Assembly: GCF_009914755.1 (NCBI RefSeq)
Contig: NC_060937.1
DNA length: 64,000 nucleotides
Strand: one strand, 5' to 3'
Source: the human T2T-CHM13v2.0 reference genome, Homo sapiens
Under the pieces are notes generated by a model. The model was given only the letters and a program-made list of their open reading frames with translations, did not search any database and was not told the DNA's origin. The position numbers and the translations under genes are program-made. Position 1 is the first letter of the stretch, and the number at the start of each line of letters is the position of its first letter. Below are positions 1-13,800 of this stretch, in pieces.

Positions 1-2296
1 CTATAGTGTACATAAAATATCAAATTACCCAAACTATACATTATATACTGTACATAAAATATGAGATTACATCAAATATATATTATATTAGGTACATAAA
101 ATATGAAAGTACATCAAATATAGATTATATACTGTACATAAAATATCAAAGTACCCCAAATATATATTATATACTCTACAGGAAATATCAAAGTTCACAC
201 ACTATATATTATATACTGTACATAAAATATCAAAGTACCCAAGGTATATATTCTATACTGTACAAAAAATATCAAAGTACCCAAATCATGTATTATATTC
301 TGTATATAAAATATGAAAGTACATCAAATATATATTTTATTCTGTACATAAAATATCAAATTACACCAGATATATATTCTATAGTGTACATAAAATAACA
401 AAGTACACAAACTATACATTATATACTGTACATAAAATATGAAATTACCTCAAATATATATTAGGTACATAAAATATGAAAGTACATCAAATATAGATTA
501 TATACTGTACATAAAATATCAAAGTACCCCAAATATATATTATATACTCTACATGAAATATCAAAGTTCAGAAACTATGTATTATATACTGTACATAAAA
601 TATGAAAGTACCCAAGGTATATATTCTATACTGTACAAAAAATATCAAAGTACCCAAAGCATGTATTATATACTGTACATAAAATATGAAAGTACATCAA
701 ATATATATTTTATTCTGTACATAAAATATCAAAGTACACCATATATATATTCTATAGTGTACATAAAATAACAAAGTACACAAACTATACATTATATACT
801 GTACATAAAATATGAAATTACATCAAATATATATTAGGTACATAAAATATGAAAGTACATCAAATATAGATTATATACTGTATATAAAATATTAATGTAC
901 CCCAAATATATATTTTATACTCTACATGAAATATCAAAGTTCACAAACCATATATTATATACTGTCCAGAAAATATCAAAGTACCCAAGGTATATATTCT
1001 ATACTATACAAAAAATATCAAAGTACGCAAAGCATGTATTATATACTGTACCTAAAATATGAAAGTGCATCAAATATATATTTTATTCTGTAAATAAAAT
1101 ATCAAAGTACACCAGATATATAATCTATAGTGTACATAATATATCAAAGTACCCAAACTATACATTATATACTGTACATAAAATATGAGATTACATCAAA
1201 TATATATTATATTAGGTACATAAAATATGAAAGTACATCAAATATAGATTATATACTGTACATAAAATATCAAAGTACCCCAAATATATATTATATACTC
1301 TACAGGAAATATCAAAGTTCACACACTATATATTATATACTGTACATAAAATATCAAAGTACCCAAGGTATATATTCTATACTGCACAAAAAAATCAAAG
1401 TACCCAAAGCATGTATTATATACTGTACCTAAAATATGAAAGTACATCAAATATATATTTTATTCTGTACATAAAATATCAAAGTACACCAGATATATAT
1501 TCTATAGTGTACATAAAATATCAAAGTACCCAAACTATACATTATATACTGTACATAAAATATGAGATTACATCAAATATATATTATATTAGGTACATAA
1601 AATATGAAAGTACATCAAATATAGATTATACACTGTACATAAAATATCAAAGTACCCCAAATATATATTATATACTCTACAGGAAATATCAAAGTTCACA
1701 CACTATATATTATATACTGTACATAAAATATCAAAGTACCCAAGGTATATATTCTATACTGTACAAAAAATATCAAAGTACCCAAAGCATGTATTATATT
1801 CTGTATATAAAATATGAAAGTACATCAAATATATATTTTATTCTGTACATAAAATATCAAATTACACCAGATATATATTCTATAGTGTACATAAAATAAC
1901 AAAGTACACAAACTATAGATTATATACTGTACATAAAATATGAAATTACATCAAATATATATTATATTAGGTACATAAAATATGAAAGTACATCAAATAT
2001 AGATTACATACTGTACATTAAATACCAAAGTACCCCAAATATATATTTTATACTGTACATGAAATATCAAAGTTCACAAACTTTATATTATATTCTATAC
2101 ATAAAATATCAAAGTACCCAAGGTATATATTCTATACTGTACAAAAAATATCAAAGTACCCAAAGCATGTATTATATACTGTACATAAAATAGGAAAGTA
2201 CATCAAATATATATTTTATTCTGTACATAAAATATCAAAGTACACCAGATATATATTCTATAGAGTACATAAAATATCAAAGTACCCAAACTATAC
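1..2296 (+). repeat. Satellite block 1, A-rich strand on +; 'CCAGAT' monomer-9 subtype, mixed 378/373-bp units
   Basis: Reads GTACATAAAATATCAAAGTAC on +. Monomer 9 is mostly ACACCAGATATA. 5-bp deletion units near 460 and 830. Ends at ...AAACTATAC (2296). Confidence 0.93.
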
Positions 2297-2305
2297 TACT
2301 TTGAT
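2291..2305. other. Inversion breakpoint 1 (+ to - switch)
   Basis: CCCAAACTATAC|TACTTTGATATTTT: the forward monomer 1 stops at 2296 and reverse-complement sequence starts at 2297 with no inserted foreign sequence. Confidence 0.93.
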
Positions 2306-4849
2306 ATTTTATGTACAGAATAAAATATATATTTCATGTACTTTCATATTTTATATACAGTATATAATACATGCTTTGGGTACTTTGATATTTTTTGTAC
2401 AGTATAGAATATATACCTTGGGTACTTTGATATTTTATGTATAGTATATAATATATAGTTTGTGAACTTTGATATTTCATGTAGAGTAAGTAATATATAT
2501 TTGGGGTACTTTGATATTTTATGTACAGTATATAATGTATATTTGAAGTACTTTCGAATTTTATGTGCCTAATATAATATATATTTGATGTAATTTCATA
2601 TTTTTTGTACAGTATATAATGTATAGTTTGGGTACTTTGATATTTTATGTACACTATAGAATATATATCTGGTGTACTTTAATATTTTATGTACAGAATA
2701 AAATATATATTTGATGTACTTTCATATTTTAGATACAGTATATAATACTTGCTTTGGGTACTTTGATATTTTTTGTGCAGTATAGAATGTATACCTTGGG
2801 TACTTTGATATTTTATGTACAGTATATAATATATAGTTTGTGAACTTTGATATTTCATGTAGAGTATATAATATATATTTGGGGTACTTTGATATTTTAT
2901 GTACACTATATAATCTATATTTGATGAACTTTCATATTTTATGTACCTAATATAATATATATTTGATGTAATTTCATATTTTATGTACAGTATATAATGT
3001 ATAGTTTGGGTATTTGATATTTTATGTACACTATAGAATATATATCTGGTGTACTTTGATATTTTATGTACAGAATAAAATATATATTTGATGTACTTTC
3101 ATATTTTATGTACAGTATATAATACATGCTTTGGGTACTTTGATATTTTTTGTACAGTATAGAATATATACCTTGGGTACTTTGATATTTTATGTACAGT
3201 ATATAATATATGGTTTGTGAACTTTGATATTTCATGTAGAGTATAAAATATATATTTGTGGTACATTGATATTATATGTACAGTATATAATCTATATTTG
3301 ATGTACTTTCATATTTTATGTACCTAATATATATTTGACGTAATTTCATATTTTATGTACAGTATATAATTTATAGTTTGTGTACTTTGCTATTTTATGT
3401 ACACTATAGAATATATATCTGGTGTACCTTGATATTTTATGTACAGAATAAAATATATATTTGATGTACTTTCATATTTTATGTACAGTATATAATACAT
3501 GCTTTGGGTACTTTGATATTTTTTGTACAGTATAGAATATATACCTTGGGTACTTTGATATTTTATGTACAGTATATAATATATAGTTTGTGAACTTTGT
3601 TATTTCATGTACAGTATATAATATATATTTGGGGTACTTTGATATTTTATGTACAGTATATAATCTATATTTGATGTACTTTCATATTTTATGTACCTAA
3701 TATATATTTGATGTAATTTCATATTTTATGTACAGTATATAATGTATAGTTTGGGTACTTTGATATTTTATGTACACTATAGAATATATATCTGGTGTAC
3801 TTTGATATTTTATGTACAGAAGAAAATATATATTTGATGTAATTTAAAATTTTAGGTACAGTATATAATACATGCTTTTGGTACTTGTTATTTTTTGTAC
3901 AGTATAGAATATATACCTCGGGTACTTTGATATTACATGTACAGTATATAATATATAGTTTGTGAACTTTGATATTTCATGTACAGTATAAAATATATAT
4001 TTGGGGTACTTTGCTATTTAATGAACAGTATATAATCTATATTTGATGTACTTTCATATTTTAAGTACCTAATATAATATATATCTTATGTAATTTCATC
4101 TTTTATGTAGAGTATATAATGTATAGTTTGGGTACTTTGATATTTTATGTACACTATAGAATATATATCTGGTGTACTTTGATATTTTATGTACAGAATA
4201 AAATCTATATTTGATGTACTTTCATATTTTATGTACAGTATATAATACATGCTTTTGGTACTTTGTTATTTTTTGTATAGTATAGAATATATACCTCGGG
4301 TACTTTGATATTACATGTACAGTATATAATATATAGTTTGTGAACTTTGATATTTCATGTACAGTATAAAATATATATTTGAGGTACTTTGGTATTTAAT
4401 TTACAGTATATAATCTATATTTGATGTACTTTCATATCTTATGTACCTAATATAATATATATTTTATGTAATTTCATATTTTATGTACAGTATATAACGT
4501 ATAGTTTGGGTACTTTGATATTTTATGTACACTATAGAATATATATCTGGTGTACTTTGATATTTTATGTACAGAATAAAATATATATTTGATGTAATTT
4601 CATATTTTATGTACAGTATATAATACATGCTTTGGGTACTTTGATATTTTTTGTATAGTATAGAATATATACTTTGGGTACTTTGATATTTTATATATAG
4701 TATATAATATATGGTTTGTGAAATTTGATATTTCATTTAGAGTATAAAATATATATTTGGGGTACATTGATATTTTATGTACAGTATATAATCTATATTT
4801 GATGTACTTTCATATTTTATGTACTTAATATATATTTGATGTAATTTCA

Positions 4850-7800
4850 TATTTTATGTACAGTATATAATGTATAGTTTGGGTACTTTGATATTTTATG
4901 TACACTATAAAATATATATCTGGTGTACTTTGATATTTCATGTACAGTATATCATATATATTTGGGGTTCCTTTATATTTTATGTATGGTATATAATCTA
5001 TATTTGATGTACTTTCATATTTTACGTACCTAATATAATATATATTTGATATAATTCCATATTTTATGTACAGTATGTAATGTATAGTTTGGGTACTTTG
5101 ATATTTTATGTACACTATAAAATATATATCTGGTGTACTTTGTTATTTTATGTACAGAATAAAATATATATTTGATGTACTTTCATATTTTATGTACAGT
5201 ATATAATACATGCTTTGGGTACTTTCATATTTTTTGTACAGTATAGAATATATACCTTGGGTACTTTGATATTTTATGTACAGTATATAATATATACTTT
5301 GTGTATTTTGATATTTCATGTACAGTATATAATATATAGTTGGGGTACTTTGATATTTTATGTACAGTATATAATCTATACTAGAAGTACTTTCATATTT
5401 TATGTACCTAATATAATATATATTTGATGTAATTTCATATTTTATGTACAGTATATAATGTATAGTTTGGGTACTTTGATATTTTATGTACACTATAAAA
5501 TATATATCTGGTGTACTTTGATATTTCATGTACAGAATAAAATATATATTTGATGTACTTTCATATTTTATGTACAGTATATAATACATGCTTTGGGTAC
5601 TTTGATATTTTATGTACATTATATAATATATATTTTGTAAATTTTGATATTTCATGTACAATGTATAATATATATTTGGGCTACTTTGATATTTTATGTA
5701 CATTAAATCATCTATATTTTATGTACTTTCATATTTTATGTACCTAATATAATATATATTTGATGTGCTTTCATATTTTATGTACAGTATATAATACATG
5801 CTTTGGGTACTTTGATATTTTTTTTACAGTATAGAATATATACCTTGAATACTTTGATATTTTATGTACAGTATATAATATATAGTTTGTGTATTTTGAT
5901 ATTTCATGTACAGTATATCATATATAGTTGGGGTTCCTTTATATTTTATGTACGGTATATAATCTATATTTGATGTATTTCATATTTTACGTACCTAATA
6001 TAATATATATTTGATGTAATTCCATATTTTATGTACAGTATATAATGTATAGTTTGGGTACCTTGATATTTTATGTACACTATAAAATATATATCTGGTG
6101 TACTTTGATATTTTATGTACAGAATAAAATATATATTTGATGTACTTTCATCTTTTATGTACAGTATATAATACTTGCTTTGGGTACTTTGATATTTTAT
6201 GTACATTATATAATATATATTTTGTAAATTTTGATATTTCATGTACACTGTATAATATATATTTGGGCTACTTTGATATTTTATGTACAGTATATCATCT
6301 ATATTTTATGTACTTTCATATTTTATGTACCTAATATAATATATATTTGATGTGCTTTCATATTTTATGTACAGTATATAATACATGCTTTGGGTACTTT
6401 GATATTTTTTGTACATTATAGAATATGTACCTTGGGTACTTTGATATTTTATCTACAGTATATAATATATAGTTTGTGAACTTTGATATTTCATGTACAG
6501 TATATCATATATATTTGGGGTTCCTTTATATTTTATGTATGGTATATAATCTATATTTGATGTACTTTCATCTTTTACGTACCTAATATAATATATATTT
6601 GATGTAATTCCATATTTTATGTACAGTATATAATGTATAGTATGGGTACCTTGATATTTTATGTACACTATAAAATATATATCTGGTGTACTTTGATATT
6701 TTATGTACAGAATCAAATATATATTTGATGTACTTTCATCTTTTATGTACAGTATATAATACTTGCTTTGGGAACTTTGATATTTTATGTACATTATGTA
6801 ATATATATTTTGTAAATTTTGATATTTCATGTACACTGTATAATATATATTTGGGCTACTTTGATATTTTATGTACAGTATATCATCTATATTTTATGTA
6901 CTTTCATATTTTATGTACCTAATATAATATATATTTGATGTGCTTTCACATTTTATGTACAGTATATAATACATGCTTTGGGTACTTTGATATTTTTTTT
7001 ACAGTATAGAATATATACCTTGGGTACTTTGATATTTTATCTACAGTATATAATATATAGTTTGTGAACTTTGATATTTCATGTACAGTATATCATATAT
7101 ATTTGGGGTTCGTTTATATTTTATGTATGGTATATAATCTATATTTGATGTACTTTCATATTTTAAGTACCTAATATATTATATATTTGATGTAATTCCA
7201 TATTTTATGTACAGTATGTAATGTATAGTTTGGGTAATTTCATATTTTATGTACACTATAAAATATATATCTGGTTTACTTTGTTATTTTATGTACAGAA
7301 TAAAATATATATTTGATGTACTTTCATATTTTATGTACAGTATATAATACATGCTTTGGGTACTTTGATATTTTATGTACATTATATAATATGTATTTTG
7401 TAAATTTTGATATTTCATGTACACTGTATAATATATATTTGGGCTACTTTGATATTTTATGTACAGTATATCATCTATATTTTATGTACTTTCATATTTT
7501 ATGTACCTAATATAATATATATTTGATGTTCTTTCATATTTTATGTACAGTATATAATACATGCTTTGGGTACTTTGATATTTTTTTTACAGTATAGAAT
7601 ATATACCTTGGGTACTTTGATATTTTATCTACAGTATATAATATATAGTTTGTGAACTTTGATATTTCATGTACAGTATATCATATATATTTGGGGTTCC
7701 TTTATATTTTATGTATGGTATATAATCTATATTTGATGTACTTTCATATTTTACGTACCTAATATAATATATATTTGATGCAATTTCATATTTTATGTAC

Positions 7801-10800
7801 AGTATGTAACGTATAGTTTGGGTACTTTGATATTTTATGTACACTATAAAATATATATCTGGTGTACTTTGTTATTTTATGTACAGAATAAAATATATAT
7901 TTGATGTACTTTCATATTTTATGTACAGTATATAATACATGCTTTGGGTACTTTGATATTTTATGTACATTATATAATATATATTTTGTAAATTTTGATA
8001 TTTCATGTACACTGTATAATATATATTTGGGCTACTTTGATATTTTATGTACAGTATATCATCTATATTTTATGTACTTTCATATTTTACGTACCTAATA
8101 TAATATATATTTGATGTAATTTCATATTTTATGTACAGTATATAATACATGCTTTGGATACTTTGATACTTTTTTGTACAGTATAGAATATATACCTTGG
8201 GTACTTTGATATTTTATCTACAGTATATAATATATAGTTTGTGAACTTTGATATTTCATGTACAGTATATCATATATATTTGGGGTTCCTTTATATTTTA
8301 TGTATGGTATATAATCTATATTTGATGTATTTCATATTTTACGTACCTAATATAATATATATTTGATGTAATTCCATATTTTATGTACAGTATATAATGT
8401 ATAGTTTGGGTACCTTGATATTTTATGTACACTACAAAATATATATCTGGTGTACTTTGATGTTTTATGTACAGAATAAAATATATATTTGATGTACTTT
8501 CATCTTTTATGTACAGTATATAATACTTGCTTTGGGTACTTTGATATTTTATGTACATTATATAATATATATTTTGTAAATTTTGATATTTCATGTACAC
8601 TGTATAATATATATTTGGGCTACTTTGATATTTTATGTACAGTATATCATCTATATTTTATGTACTTTCATATTTTATGTACCTAATATAATATATATTT
8701 GATGTGCTTTCATATTTTATGTACAGTATATAATACATGCTTTGGGTACTTTGATATTTTTTGTACAGTATAGAATATATACCTTGGGTACTTTGATATT
8801 TTATCTACAGTATATAATATATAGTTTGTGAACTTTGATATTTCATGTACAGTATATCATATATATTTGGGGTTCCTTTATATTTTATGTATGGTATATA
8901 ATCTATATTTGATGTACTTTCATCTTTTACGTACCTAATATAATATATATTTGATGTAATTCCATATTTTATGTACAGTATATAATGTATAGTATGGGTA
9001 CCTTGATATTTTATGTACACTATAAAATATATATCTGGTGTACTTTCATATTTTATGTACAGAATAAAATATATATTTGATGTACTTTCATCTTTTATGT
9101 ACAGTATATAATACTTGCTTTGGGTACTTTGATATTTTATGTACATTATGTAATATATATTTTGTAAATTTTGATATTTCATGTACACTGTATAATATAT
9201 ATTTGGGCTACTTTGATATTTTATGTACAGTATATCATCTATATTTTATGTACTTTCATATTTTATGTACCTAATATAATATATATTTGATGTGCTTTCA
9301 TATTTTATGTACAGTATATAATACATGCTTTGGGTACTTTGATATTTTTTTTACAGTATAGAATATATACCTTGGGTACTTTGATATTTTATCTACAGTA
9401 TATAATATATAGTTTGTGAACTTTGATATTTCATGTACAGTATATCATATATATTTGGGGTTCCTTTATATTTTATGTATGGTATATAATCTATATTTGA
9501 TGTACTTTCATATTTTAAGTACCTAATATAATATATATTTGATGTAATTCCATATTTTATGTACAGTATGTAATGTAGAGTTTGGGTAATTTCATATTTT
9601 ATGTACACTATAAAATATATATCTGGTTTACTTTGTTATTTTATGTACAGAATAAAATATATATTTGATGTACTTTCATATTTTATGTACAGTATATAAT
9701 ACATGCTTTGTGTACTTTGATATTTTATGTACATTATATAATATGTATTTTGTAAATTTTGATATTTCATGTACACTGTATAATATATATTTGGGCTACT
9801 TTGATATTTTATGTACAGTATACCATCTATATTTTATGTACTTTCATATTTTACGTACCTAATATAATATATATTTGATGTAATTTCATATTTTATGTAC
9901 AGTATATAATACATGCTTTGGGTACTTTGATATTTTTTTTACAGTATATAATATATACCTTGGGTACTTTGATATTTTATCTACAGTATATAATATATCG
10001 TTTGTGAACTTTGATATTTCATGTACAGTATATCATATATATTTGGGGTTCCTTTATATTTTATGTATGGTATATAATCTATATTTGATGTACTTTCATA
10101 TTTTACGTACCTAATATAATATATATTTGATGTAATTCCATATTTTATGCACAGTATATAATGTATAGTTTGGGTACCTTGATATTTTATGTACACTATA
10201 CAATATATATCTGGTGTACTTTGATATTTTATGTACAGAATAAAATATATATTTGATGTACTTTCATCTTTTATGTACAGTATATAATACTTACTTTGGG
10301 TACTTTGATATTTTATGTACATTATATAATATATATTTTGTAAATTTTGATATTTCATGTACACTGTATAATATATATTTGGGCTACTTTGATATTTTAT
10401 GTACAGTATATCATCTATATTTTATGTACTTTCATATTTTATGTACCTAATATAATATATATTTGATGTGCTTTCATATTTTATGTACAGTATATAATAC
10501 ATACTTTGGGTACTTTGATATTTTTTTTACAGTATAGAATATATACCTTGGGTACTTTGATATTTTATCTACAGTATATAATATATAGTTTGTGAACTTT
10601 GATATTTCATGTACAGTATATCATATATATTTGGGGTTCCTTTATATTTTATGTATGGTATATAATCTATATTTGATGTACTTTCATATTTTACGTACCT
10701 AATATAATATATATTTGATGTAATTCCATATTTTATGTACAGTATGTAATGTATAGTTTGGGTAATTTCATATTTTATGTACACTATAAAATATATATCT

Positions 10801-13800
10801 GGTGTACTTTGTTATTTTATGTACAGAATAAAATATATATTTGATGTACCTTCATATTTTATGTACAGTATATAATACATGCTTTGGGTACTTTGATATT
10901 TTATGTACATTATATAATATATATTTTGTAAATTTTGATATTTCATGTACACTGTATAATATATATTTGGGCTACTTTGATATTTTATGTACAGTATATC
11001 ATCTATATTTTATGTACTTTCATATTTTACGTACCTAATATAATATATATTTGATGTAATTTCATATTTTATGTACAGTATATAATACATGCTTTGGATA
11101 CTTTGATACTTTTTTGTACAGTATAGAATATATACCTTGGGTACTTTGATATTTTATCTACAGTATATAATATATAGTTTGTGAACTTTGATATTTCATG
11201 TACAGTATATCATATATATTTGGGGTTCCTTTATATTTTATGTACGGTATATAATCTATATTTGATGTATTTCATATTTTATGTACCTAATATAATATAT
11301 ATTTGATGTAATTTCATATTTTATGTACAGTATATAATAAATAGTTTGGGTACTTTGATATTTTATGTACACGATAAAATATATATCTGGTGTACTTTGA
11401 TATTTTATGTACAGAATAAAATATATATTTGATGTACTTTCATCTTTTATGTACAGTATATAATACTTGCTTTGGGTACTTTGATATTTTTTGTACAGTA
11501 TAGAATATATACCTTGGGTACTTTGATATTTTATCTACAGTATATAATATATAGTTTGTGAACTTTGATATTTCATGTACAGTATATCATATATATTTGG
11601 GGTTCCTTTATATTTTATGTATGGTATATAATCTATATTTGATGTACTTTCATATTTTACGTACGTAATATAATATATATTTGATGTAATTCCATATTTT
11701 ATGTACAGTATATAATGTATAGTTTGGGTACCTTGATATTTTATGTACACTATAAAATATATATCTGGTGTACTTTGATATTTTATGTACAGAATAAAAT
11801 ATATATTTGATGTACTTTCATCTTTTATGTACAGTATATAATACTTGCTTTGGGTACTTTGATATTTTATGTACATTATATAATCTATATTTTGTAAATT
11901 TTGATATTTCATGTACACTGTATAATATATATTTGGGCTACTTTGATATTTTATGTACAGTATATCATCTATATTTTATGTACTTTCATATTTTATGTAC
12001 CTAATATAATATATATTTGATGTGCTTTCATATTTTATGTACAGTATATAATACATGCTTTGGGTACTTTGATTTTTTTTTACAGTATAGAATATATATC
12101 TTTGTTACTTTGATATTTTATCTACAGTATATAATATATAGTTTGTGAACTTTGATATTTCATGTACTGTTTATCATATATATTTGGGGTTCCTTTATAT
12201 TTTATGTATGGTATATAATCTATATTTGATGTACTTTCATATTTTACGTACCTATTATAATATATATTTGATGTAATTCCATATTTTATGTACAGTATGT
12301 AATGTATAGTTTGGGTAATTTCATATTTTATGTACACTATAAAATATATATCTGGTGTACTTTGTTATTTTATGTACAGAATAAAATATATATTTGATGT
12401 ACTTTCATATTTTATGTACAGTATATAATACATGCTTTCGGTACTTTGATATTTTATGTACATTATATAATATATATTTTGTAAATTTTGATATTTCATG
12501 TACACTGTATAATATATATTTGGGCTACTTTGATATTTTATGTACATTATATCATCTATATTTTATGTACTTTCATATTTTACGTACCTAATATAATATA
12601 TATTTGATGTAATTTCATATTTTATGTACAGTATATAATACATGCTTTGGGTACTTTGATATTTTTTTTACAGTATAGAATATATACCTTGGGTACTTTG
12701 ATATTTTATCTACAGTATATAATATATAGTTTGTGAACTTTGATATTTCATGTACAGTATATCATATATATTTGGGGTTCCTTTATATTTTATGTATGGT
12801 ATATAATCTATATTTGATGTACTTTCATATTTTACGTACCTAATATAATATATATTTGATGTAATTCCATATTTTATGTACAGTATATAATGTATAGTTT
12901 GGGTACCTTGATATTTTATGTACACTATAAAATATATATCTGGTGTACTTTGATATTTTATGTACAGAATAAAATATATATTTGATGTACTTTCTTCTTT
13001 TATGTACAGTATATAATACTTGCTTTGTGTACTTTGATATTTTATGTACATTATGTAATATATATTTTGTAAATTTTGATATTTCATGTACACTGTATAA
13101 TATATATTTGGGCTACTTTGATATTTTATGTACAGTATATCATCTATATTTTATGTACTTTCATATTTTAAGTACCTAATATAATATATATTTGATGTGC
13201 TTTCATATTTTATGTACAGTATATAATACATGCTTTGGGTACTTTGATATTTTTTGTACAGTATAGAATATATACCTTGGGTACTTTGATATTTTATCTA
13301 CAGTATATAATATATAGTTTGTGAACTTTGATATATCATGTACAGTATATCATATATATTTGGGGTTCCTTTATATTTTATGTATGGTATATAATCTATA
13401 TTTGATGTACTTTCATATTTTAAGTACCTAATATAATATATATTTGATGTAATTCCATATTTTATGTACAGTATGTAATGTATAGTTTGGGTAATTTCAT
13501 ATTTTATGTACACTATAAAATATATATCTGGTGTACTTTGTTATTTTATGTACAGAATAAAATATATATTTGATGTACCTTCATATTTTATGTACAGTAT
13601 ATAATACATGCTTTGGGTACTTTGATATTTTATGTACATTATATAATATATATTTTGTAAATTTTGATATTTCATGTACACTGTATAATATATATTTGGG
13701 CTACTTTGATATTTTATGTACAGAATAAAATATATATTCGATGTACTTTCATATTTTATGTACAGTATATAATACATGCTTTGGGTACTTTGATATTTTT

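Noticed and set aside
2243-2350. Transposon terminal inverted repeats or target-site duplication at the strand switches
   Set aside because: There is no non-satellite sequence or transposase. The inverted symmetry follows from the satellite changing orientation.
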